Source of the DNA: an uncultured bacterium
GTDB lineage: Bacteria; UBA8481
Assembly (NCBI GenBank): GCA_964637705.1
Contig: CAZWVM010000073.1
Span: 1-15,859, forward strand
Length of the DNA stretch: 15,859 nucleotides
Reading direction: 5' to 3'
Below are positions 1 through 7,167 of the stretch, piece after piece. Positions within the stretch are counted from its first letter, which is position 1, and each line of letters starts with the position of its first letter. The notes under the pieces were generated by a model. That model searched no databases. It was given only the letters and a program-made list of their open reading frames with translations, and was not told the DNA's origin. A program made the position numbers and the translations under genes.

Positions 1-232
1 GGCCCTGGGAGAGGAGGTAGCGGTAGCGCGCGTTCGATTCCTCCGCGTCGCCCATGCCCGCATACTGGCGCATCGTCCAGAGCTGGCCGCGGTACATGGT
101 GGAACGGATCCCGCGCGTGTAGGGAAAGACGCCCGGTGCCTCGGCGTCGCCGTACACGTCGGCGATGGGAAGTCCCGAGAGGGTCTGGAACCCGGGCTTG
201 CGCAGTTTCGGCCGTGTCGGCTTCTCGGTCAT
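1..232 (-). CDS. B12-dependent acyl-CoA mutase (methylmalonyl-CoA mutase family) large subunit, N-terminal fragment; the gene runs off the window start
   Basis: Absent from the ORF track because it is truncated by the window edge. The reverse complement of 1-232 reads from ATG (232-230) as [109 protein letters not shown] is the hallmark N-terminal motif of MCM/ICM-type mutases. Confidence 0.75.
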   Translation of the reverse strand, partial: MTEKPTRPKLRKPGFQTLSGLPIADVYGDAEAPGVFPYTRGIRSTMYRGQLWTMRQYAGMGDAEESNARYRYLLSQG

Positions 233-290
233 GACGGGTTCATCTTACCGCCCCGCGCCGCGAAAAGCAAAAGCGCGGCGGGCCGGGGTG

Positions 291-299
291 TGGTAAAAT
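291..299 (+). promoter_or_regulatory. extended -10-like element TGgTAAAAT overlapping ATG 298, 7 nt upstream of in-frame ATG 307 (candidate leaderless fabI start)
   Basis: Sequence read directly. There is no SD before ATG 307. The same -10-then-ATG geometry recurs at moaA, the RCK-channel gene and the mutase gene. Confidence 0.3.
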
Positions 300-1089
300 G
301 CCGCGCATGGAGACAAACGTCGAAGCCGCACGGCCCCGCACCGCGCTCGTCACCGGCGTGGCGAACAAGCAATCGATCGCCTGGGCCATCGCCAAAGCCC
401 TCGCCGACGAGGGTTACGAGATCTGCCTGACCCACGCGAGCGCGCGGCTGAAGGAGGACGTGGAGTCGCTGGCCTCGACCCTCCCGAAGGCCTTCACGGC
501 GCCCCTGGACGTGACCAACGACGTGGAAGTGGCGCGGATCGGCGAGACGCTCGCCGCGCGCTGGGCCTCGCTCGACGCCCTCGTCCACTCCATCGCCTTC
601 GCCAACCGCGAGGATCTCGGGGGGCGCTTCGTCAACCTCTCGCGCGGCGGATTCCGCACGGCCCTGGAGGTCTCGGCCTATTCGCTCGTCTCGCTGACGC
701 ACGCGGTCCTGCCCCTCCTGGAGTCGGCTCGCGGCTCCGTGGTCACGCTCTCCTACCTCGGCGGCCAGAAGGTGATCCCGAACTACAACGTCATGGGCGT
801 CGCGAAGGCGGCGCTGGAAATGAGCGCGAAGTACCTCGCGGCGGACCTCGGCCCCTCCGGCGTCCGCGTCAACGTCCTCTCCCCCGGGCCCATCAAAACC
901 TTCGCGGCGCGCGCGATCTCGAACTTCTCCGAGCTCCTGGGGAAATTCGAGGAGAAGGCGCCGTTGAGGCGCCTGATCACCACCGACGAGGTCGCTTCGA
1001 CGGCCGCGTTTCTGCTTTCGGAGAAATCCGCGGGCATCACCGGCCAGGTCATCTTCATCGACGGCGGTTACGAAATCCTCGGATACTAA
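298..1089 (+). CDS. fabI: enoyl-[acyl-carrier-protein] reductase (NADH), FabI, SDR family
   Basis: 263-aa ORF. N-terminal LVTGVANKQSIAWAIAKAL is a FabI-type Rossmann motif. A Y-x6-K region (SAKYLAADLG) and LSPGPIKT are present. A weak GGGGTG purine run precedes ATG 298. The alternative start ATG 307 sits 7 nt after a TGgTAAAAT extended -10 and could be a leaderless start. Confidence 0.9.
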   Translation: MPRMETNVEAARPRTALVTGVANKQSIAWAIAKALADEGYEICLTHASARLKEDVESLASTLPKAFTAPLDVTNDVEVARIGETLAARWASLDALVHSIAFANREDLGGRFVNLSRGGFRTALEVSAYSLVSLTHAVLPLLESARGSVVTLSYLGGQKVIPNYNVMGVAKAALEMSAKYLAADLGPSGVRVNVLSPGPIKTFAARAISNFSELLGKFEEKAPLRRLITTDEVASTAAFLLSEKSAGITGQVIFIDGGYEILGY

Positions 1090-1394
1090 ATTACCATCCT
1101 GACGCCCACGATGAGGCGCAATTCCCGGTCGATCCGATCCATCGCCTCACGGCTCTCGACGCGCGTCGTGAAGTGGTAGCTCACGTACTTGCCGGCGCCG
1201 GAGACGTTGCCGGGAAGGAGCGGGGAGCGGACGCCCAGTTCCATGAGAATCGTCTCGATCGTGAAGTGCATGTGCGGGTGATCCTCCGCGATCACGCGGA
1301 AGTGGCAGTCGAGCGGGAAGACGAGTTCGGCCGGGCGCACGGACGGCGCGGGGCCGTCCTTCCCTGCACGCGCCCCGGCGTCGTCCCCGCTCAT
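1086..1394 (-). CDS. ybeD: YbeD/DUF493 (UPF0250) family small protein, 102 aa with a ~20-aa N-terminal extension
   Basis: The C-terminal 80 aa (LVFPLDCHFRVIAE...SGAGKYVSYHFTTRVESREAMDRIDRELRLIVGVRMVI) align with E. coli YbeD (LEFPTPFTYKVMGQ...[38 protein letters not shown]). Start is taken as ATG 1394-1392, which overlaps the giant gene's TGA (1393-1391) as ATGA. The upstream part of the 191-aa track ORF is Arg/Gly-rich out-of-frame overlap with the giant CDS and is not credible coding. The stop overlaps the fabI stop convergently. Confidence 0.7.
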   Translation of the reverse strand: MSGDDAGARAGKDGPAPSVRPAELVFPLDCHFRVIAEDHPHMHFTIETILMELGVRSPLLPGNVSGAGKYVSYHFTTRVESREAMDRIDRELRLIVGVRMVI

Positions 1395-4300
1395 CGCGGA
1401 TGGCGCGAGCGCGGCCGCCCGGCCGGCGCGGCGGGCGGAACCTTCGGCACGCCGCCCGGTCCCACGACCGGCTGGATCTTCAGGTGCATCGAGGAATAAG
1501 GCGCGAACTTGCCGTCGGGGTTCACGATCGTGAAGGGCAGGATCTCCGTGTGCGGCACCTCCAGCCCCCGGTTCGTCACGTTCAGCCACTGGAAGGTGAG
1601 GCGCGCCTGGTTCTCCGAGGTGATCTCGAACGAAAGCGCGACCTCGCCGCGTTCCACGCACGGCCGGTTCTTCGGATCCGCCGGAGGAACGTGAGTGATC
1701 GTCGAGCCGTCCCGGATGACGACGGGACGGACCTTGTCGTAGATGAAGAAGTGGGAGCCGGGACGGAATCCCGCCCCGTTCAAGGTGTAGACCCGCGGAG
1801 CGAAGCTCACCGTCTCGCCCAGCGGCAGTTCAAAGACGTCGCTGTATTCGCCCTCGAACTGGGGCGAGCCGTCCGCGGAGACGGCCGGGTAGGGCGTCTG
1901 GTCCGCGACGCTCGAGGCGGCGAGTTGGTTCGCCGTGGGCGCGGCCCCCGACGATCCCGCCGGCGCGGGAGCGGCGGCCGGCGTCGGCATCACGAAGACC
2001 TGCGGCTCCGGCATCGTGATCTGCGGCTCCACGCTCACCTGCGGCGCCTCCACGTTCACCTGCGGCGCCGTCGCCGCGGTCGCCGGGGAAGCCGTGAAGC
2101 GCAGGTCCGCGGCGAGCGCCTTCAGGGCCGCAAGCGTCTCGGGGGCGAGCGAAGTCTCCGTCCGGACCGTCTCAGCCTCGGGCTTCTTCACCATCTCCGC
2201 CGCGGTCGCGACCGCCGTCGAGAAGGCCTTCGTGATCGTCGACTGCAGGGCATCGATGCCCTCGCGGAACGAGGAGAGTTGCGCGACGACGCGGCCGACC
2301 GGGTCGGCGGGATCCCCCTGCCCCATCACCAGGTGGCGCTTGTAGGCCTTCTTGATCTCGTCCCACCGCTCCGCGTCCTTCTGCGAGAGCTTCCCGGCCA
2401 TCTCCTTGAACTTCAGGAGGTTCGCCTCCGAGCCCGTGGTCAGGGTCTGGGCCTCGTTCTTGTAGTGGTCGTACAGGAGGTCGTCGATCTCGGATTCCGT
2501 CATGATCGGCAGGACCTTCTCGGCGAGCCGATTCATGTTGCGGTAGGAGCCCTGGAGCTTGAAGGGCGGCTCGGTGCGGTAGGCCTCCGCCATCGCCGCG
2601 GAACGGATGTATTCCTGGTTCACGCGGTAGACCGTCTCGCGCACCTTGAGAAGACGCTTCATGACCTCCGTCATCTCGTTCAGTTCCTCGGGCGAGTAGT
2701 TCCCCTCCAGTTCCACCGACTCGCCGCGCCCGCTCCGCGCCAGCCGGATCACGCCCTGCACGTCCTTCTGGCTCGAGCGCGCGAGGCGGGCGAGGATGGG
2801 ATTGGAGGTGATGGAGTTCTCGAGGTAGCTGTCGCGGAACATCTCCTCGTTGTTCGAGACGACGTCGCCGAGGTTGTAGGTGTCGGCGCGGTTGGCGAGC
2901 ATGTCCGGGATGCGGAACTTCTCGCCGCTCTCGGTGTATGGGTTTCCCGCCATGACGACCATCACCTTGCGCCCCCGCAGGTCGTAGGTGCGCGGCGTTC
3001 CTCTCCAGACGCCCTCGATCCGCCGCTGGGCATCGCAGAGGGAGATGAACTTCTGGAGGAACTCGGGGTTCGTGTGCTGGATGTCGTCCACGCAGATCAT
3101 GACGTTGTCGCCCATCTCCAGGGCGAGGTTCAACTTGTTGACCTCCTCGCGCGCCGAGGCGTTGGGCGCCTCCTCGGGATCCAGCGAGAGGACGCGCTCG
3201 CCCAGGGCCGGGCCGTTCACCTTCATGAAGACGATGCCCAGCCGGTTCGCGATGTATTCCATCAAGGTCGTCTTGCCGTAGCCGGGCGGAGAGACGAGCA
3301 GGAGAAGTCCCATGCGGTCGGTCCGCTTCGCCGCGCCGACGACGCCCAGTTGCTTCGCCATGTTCGCGCCCACGAGCGGCAGGTAGAACTTGTCGATGAG
3401 CTGGTTGCGGACGAAGGTCGTCAGGACCTTGGGCATGTACTCCGCGAGCCGCAGTTCCGTCCGGCGGCGCTCGAGCAGTTCCTTCTTCATCGCGGTGTAG
3501 CGCTCGAAGGCGGGCTTCTCGACCCCCGCGAATCGCGCGAGCCGTTTCATGAACTCGTGGTAGTGGATCTCCATCCGCCCGCCGGTGATCCGCGCATGGG
3601 TGCCGATGAGGCCGTCGACGGTGACGGAGAGCGAATGCGCGGCCTCGGTCGTGACGGTGGCTCCTCGACCGAGGAGCACGACGGCGGCCTTCTCCACGAG
3701 GGCCGCGTCGTGCCTCGATCCCTCGCCCGTGCGGAAGGCCGCGAGCCAGCCGCGCACCACGGCCAGCTCCGTCCGGCGGTCGGCGCGCACCGCCTCACGC
3801 GCCGCCTCGAAATCCTTCAGCGCTCCCTTCCCTCTCAGGTTCTCCTGGAAGTCGGACAGGAAGGCCGCGACCTCGGGGCTCACGGGGAACTTCGCCCCGC
3901 CCGCGCAGAGCAATTCGAAGAGGTATTCCGCGGCCTCGCCCGCGTGCTCCTCGTCGAACCACCCGGACCGGGCGAAGGCGAGGAGCCGCGCCTGGAGGTC
4001 GCCGACCTCCGAGCGGTCGTCCCAGGCCGGGAAGAGTCGCCGCGCCGCGCCGAGCGACTTGAGGCGCGCGGCCATGAGCGCCTTCTCCTCGGCCTCGGAG
4101 GGATCCTCCCACCAGAGCCGCGCCGCCGCGCGCGCGCCCGGGGAGAACCGGAGGAGCCTCAACTCGGCGTGGAAGCGGAGGAGTTCGCGGAGGATCCGGG
4201 CGGCGTCCACGTCGTGCACGCCCTTGACGTAGCCCTCCGCGTAGCGCGGAGCCGCCGCCTCCTTCACCTTCGCCTGCCGCTCCTCGGCGGAAAGCGCGCG

Positions 4301-7114
4301 CAGGGCCTCGATCGCGTCGTCGCCCCGCGCGGCCGCCTCGCGGAGCATCTCGTAGGCGAGATACTCGGCGCGGTAGACCGCGCGGTTCTCCGAGACGATC
4401 TCCTGGTCCCAGACCTCGCGCGTCGCGAGGAATTCCGGGTCCTCCACCCTCTCGAAGTAGTTCGTTCCCGTGAGGTGGACGTGCATGGCGCCGTCCTTGA
4501 GGACGAGCGTGCAGTCGAGCGGCTGGGTGTTGACGGAGAAGGAATGGGGACCGAAGCGGATGACGTTCTCGCCCTCGGTGTAAAGCTCCAGCTTGTCCTT
4601 GATCTGCCTCACGGCGTCCTGCTGGATCGTCTTCAACCGGCCGAGGACCTCGTCGGCCCGGACCGTGTCCTCGATCTCCGTGAGCTTCGCGGCCGTGTCG
4701 CGCGCCTTCTCGACCATGAGGTCGGAGGCGAACCAGGCGTTGAGCTCGTCGAGCGACTTGAAGCTCATCGCCCTGTTGCGGATCCCGGCGAGGATCCGGT
4801 CCGCGGTCTCGGCGAGCGCGTTGGCGCGCTTCTGCCGCGCCTCGGCCAGCTGGACCTTGCGCGTCGAGAAGGCGGAGTAGATCTCCTCGCGCTTCGCGCC
4901 GAGCTGCGTCACGAACTCGTCGAAGTCCGCGAACCGCCCCTCCAGCTCCTCGACCTGCACCATCAGCTTCGTCAGGTACTCGTCGCACTTCTGCGTCGTG
5001 TCGCAGAGGTCGATGAAGTTGGTGACGGCCTGGCCGAGGAGCTTCAACTGGGCCCCGAACTGGGCCGCGCCCTCGACGGAGGAGAGGTCGCGGCGGCGGC
5101 CCCTCACCAGCGACTTGACCTGGTTCAGGGTGGCGTAGATCGTCGAGATGGAGTCGATGATCCGCGTCGATTCGGTCGCGTCCTCGATCTTCAGCCCGCC
5201 CACGATCTCGATGAGCATCTCGAGCTCGCCCGCCGCCTTCCCGATCTCCTCCTCCGCCCTCGTGGCGTCGACGACCTTCGCGATCCCCGCCACGCCGCCC
5301 CGGAAGGACTCCGCCCGATCGGCGTATGGCTTGAGCGCGGCAGGCTCGAGGAGGAATTTCACGCAGAGCTGCGAGAGCCGGTCCGCGTGCTCGATGACCT
5401 GGGTCTCCATGGCCTGGAGGCGCGCCGCGTCGATGTAGCGGACGTCGCGCGCCGAGACGATCTCGCCCCGGAGAGCCCTCAAGCCCGAGAGGTGCCCGAC
5501 GAAGACGTCGATCGAAGGGAGATTGTGGTAGTCGATCGCGCCCGCGCGATCCTTGAGCTTCGCTTCCAGGGCGTTCAGCGCCTCGCGGGCGTTGCGTTTC
5601 AGTCGCGAGACCTTCTCGAACTCTTCGATCGCCGCCGCCGCCGCGTCGCGGATCCCCGCGAGGGGCGCGGAGAGGTCGCCGATCTCCCCTTCACCCAGCC
5701 AGAAGTAGGTATCGAGGATGGTGGAGGTCTTCCGGACCAGGTCGAGGTAAAGACCGCCGTAGGTGTCCTCCTTCCGGCAGAGCGTCAGCACCTCGAAGCA
5801 CTCCGACATCGCGTTGACGACCGCGGAGTTTCCGACCTTGAAGAGGAAGGAATCGGTCTTGGCCTCCGTGACGACGTTGGAGCCGAGGAAGGGCGTGCGC
5901 CAGACCTGGAGCGCGTGGTGCTTCTGGGGCTCGACGGGCGAGCGGAAGAGGATCATCTCGCCGTTCTCGAAGACCGAGAAGCCGTTGCAGATGATCGGCG
6001 TCTTCACCTTCTGCTCGATGCGGTTGTACGCCAGCAGGATATCGACACCCGTCTCGCGGTTCAGGAAGTCGTAGAGGTAATCCTCGCCGTTCGGGGCGTC
6101 GACGCGCGCGGCATAGACCATGTCCGTGAACTCGTTCTCGAAGATCTTGTACTCGCCCGTCTGCAAGTAATAGCCGTGGGCGAAGATGATGCCGTGCCCG
6201 TCGGGCAGGAGGACGCAGGCCTTCTCGATGTCGTCGATCCGGCGGACCTCCTTCACCTTCTCGCTGTAGACGAGGTAGCGGAATTGTTTCTCCTGGAAGG
6301 GGCGGATCTTGAGGATCACGAGGGCGTCGAGGATCGCGTAGTAGATCTCCGCGTCGTCGAGCGTCTGGTCCCGGTTCTCGACCGGCTCGGAGTAGATGCC
6401 CTCGCCGCTCTCGGTGTTGTCCTCGATCTTGACGGTCAGGTCGCCGCCGAGGCACTCCACGAAGACGCGGTCCTCGATCGAGACGTGCGGGAAGCGACCG
6501 GCCCTGTGGTAATCCCTGACGGCCCGCTTCCACTCGAACTCGTGCTGGGGCGGGTACTTGAACTCGTGGTCGCTCCGGTTGTCGAGATACTGGATCCCCC
6601 GCTCGTCGATCGCCCACTTGAAGACCTTCAGGTCGGAGAGGGACTTGCCGACCTGGAAGGCCATGTAGAGGAACGGCCCGATCACGCGGAAGGCCGAGAA
6701 GGTCGACTCGCGGTAGTACTTGTAGAGTTCCTTGAAGTCGGACTCGAAATCCCCCGACTTCAAGGGATCGAGCGGCTCCTCGTGGAACATCCGCCCGCGA
6801 TACGAGTAGATCGAGAAGACGTCCTCGAGCTTCGTCTCGGTCTTCAGCCCCATCCGGACGTTGTAGCCGAAGAGGAACCTGTTCCCGCCCAGGGGCACCA
6901 TGTCCCTCGGCACGCAGTTGTTCGGAGTCGTGATGCGCTCGGTCCCCAGGAGCGTGAACTCGATCGCGCCGAAGACGTCCCGCCGCTTCGCGTTGAGGAT
7001 CTCGAGGCGCTCGGAGAGCGACTCCGCGTGAGTCGCGAGGCGCTGGCGGAGGATCTCGTAGGTGCCGGTCTCCAAGCCGCCCGGTCGAGCGGTGACGGGC
7101 GCGCTTTCAGCCAC
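1391..7114 (-). CDS. giant (1907 aa) hypothetical protein with a single central MoxR/dynein-like (AAA_5-type) P-loop ATPase module, a Pro/Gln/Val-rich linker and a C-terminal ~150-aa globular domain
   Basis: Long ORF with normal amino-acid composition; the opposite-strand 2067-aa ORF is Arg/Leu/Gly-biased junk. Walker A is LLLLVSPPGYGKTTL (K~1281). Walker B is NVMICVDDIQH (D1343-D1344), about 62 aa later. A sensor-1-like VMVVMAGNPYTESGEKFRIPDMLANRADTYNL parallels the MoxR ATQNP..E.G...LPEA.LDRF pattern. The start is GTG 7114, 53 nt after the flotillin stop. No other domain was recognised in the ~1240 N-terminal residues. Confidence 0.85.
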   Translation of the reverse strand: MAESAPVTARPGGLETGTYEILRQRLATHAESLSERLEILNAKRRDVFGAIEFTLLGTERITTPNNCVPRDMVPLGGNRFLFGYNVRMGLKTETKLEDVFSIYSYRGRMFHEEPLDPLKSGDFESDFKELYKYYRESTFSAFRVIGPFLYMAFQVGKSLSDLKVFKWAIDERGIQYLDNRSDHEFKYPPQHEFEWKRAVRDYHRAGRFPHVSIEDRVFVECLGGDLTVKIEDNTESGEGIYSEPVENRDQTLDDAEIYYAILDALVILKIRPFQEKQFRYLVYSEKVKEVRRIDDIEKACVLLPDGHGIIFAHGYYLQTGEYKIFENEFTDMVYAARVDAPNGEDYLYDFLNRETGVDILLAYNRIEQKVKTPIICNGFSVFENGEMILFRSPVEPQKHHALQVWRTPFLGSNVVTEAKTDSFLFKVGNSAVVNAMSECFEVLTLCRKEDTYGGLYLDLVRKTSTILDTYFWLGEGEIGDLSAPLAGIRDAAAAAIEEFEKVSRLKRNAREALNALEAKLKDRAGAIDYHNLPSIDVFVGHLSGLRALRGEIVSARDVRYIDAARLQAMETQVIEHADRLSQLCVKFLLEPAALKPYADRAESFRGGVAGIAKVVDATRAEEEIGKAAGELEMLIEIVGGLKIEDATESTRIIDSISTIYATLNQVKSLVRGRRRDLSSVEGAAQFGAQLKLLGQAVTNFIDLCDTTQKCDEYLTKLMVQVEELEGRFADFDEFVTQLGAKREEIYSAFSTRKVQLAEARQKRANALAETADRILAGIRNRAMSFKSLDELNAWFASDLMVEKARDTAAKLTEIEDTVRADEVLGRLKTIQQDAVRQIKDKLELYTEGENVIRFGPHSFSVNTQPLDCTLVLKDGAMHVHLTGTNYFERVEDPEFLATREVWDQEIVSENRAVYRAEYLAYEMLREAAARGDDAIEALRALSAEERQAKVKEAAAPRYAEGYVKGVHDVDAARILRELLRFHAELRLLRFSPGARAAARLWWEDPSEAEEKALMAARLKSLGAARRLFPAWDDRSEVGDLQARLLAFARSGWFDEEHAGEAAEYLFELLCAGGAKFPVSPEVAAFLSDFQENLRGKGALKDFEAAREAVRADRRTELAVVRGWLAAFRTGEGSRHDAALVEKAAVVLLGRGATVTTEAAHSLSVTVDGLIGTHARITGGRMEIHYHEFMKRLARFAGVEKPAFERYTAMKKELLERRRTELRLAEYMPKVLTTFVRNQLIDKFYLPLVGANMAKQLGVVGAAKRTDRMGLLLLVSPPGYGKTTLMEYIANRLGIVFMKVNGPALGERVLSLDPEEAPNASAREEVNKLNLALEMGDNVMICVDDIQHTNPEFLQKFISLCDAQRRIEGVWRGTPRTYDLRGRKVMVVMAGNPYTESGEKFRIPDMLANRADTYNLGDVVSNNEEMFRDSYLENSITSNPILARLARSSQKDVQGVIRLARSGRGESVELEGNYSPEELNEMTEVMKRLLKVRETVYRVNQEYIRSAAMAEAYRTEPPFKLQGSYRNMNRLAEKVLPIMTESEIDDLLYDHYKNEAQTLTTGSEANLLKFKEMAGKLSQKDAERWDEIKKAYKRHLVMGQGDPADPVGRVVAQLSSFREGIDALQSTITKAFSTAVATAAEMVKKPEAETVRTETSLAPETLAALKALAADLRFTASPATAATAPQVNVEAPQVSVEPQITMPEPQVFVMPTPAAAPAPAGSSGAAPTANQLAASSVADQTPYPAVSADGSPQFEGEYSDVFELPLGETVSFAPRVYTLNGAGFRPGSHFFIYDKVRPVVIRDGSTITHVPPADPKNRPCVERGEVALSFEITSENQARLTFQWLNVTNRGLEVPHTEILPFTIVNPDGKFAPYSSMHLKIQPVVGPGGVPKVPPAAPAGRPRSRHPR
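1995..2070 (-). repeat. about 4 imperfect tandem copies of an 18-21-nt unit (ctgcggc[tg]cc...) encoding the PQV-rich linker (APQVNVEAPQVSVEPQITMPEPQVFVMP) of the giant protein
   Basis: ctgcgg recurs at about 2000, 2021, 2039 and 2060. The encoded peptide is low complexity and Pro/Ala/Val/Gln-rich. Confidence 0.5.
2855..3400 (-). other. AAA+ (MoxR/McrB/dynein-clade) ATPase module of the giant protein. P-loop codons lie at about 3266-3292 and Walker B codons at about 3074-3097
   Basis: SPPGYGKTT and VDDIQH motifs read from the translation. These codon positions are frame-consistent with the 7114 start. Confidence 0.7.
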
Positions 7115-7167
7115 GGTCCACGCCCGACGAGCCGCGCTTCACGCCGACGCCCCTACGCCGAACGCAC

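Noticed and set aside
1086-1661. Full 191-aa extent of the minus-strand ORF containing the YbeD-like sequence
   Set aside because: Only the last 102 aa (from ATG 1394) resemble YbeD. The upstream 89 aa overlap the giant CDS out of frame and are Arg/Gly-rich, so the shorter coupled start was chosen.
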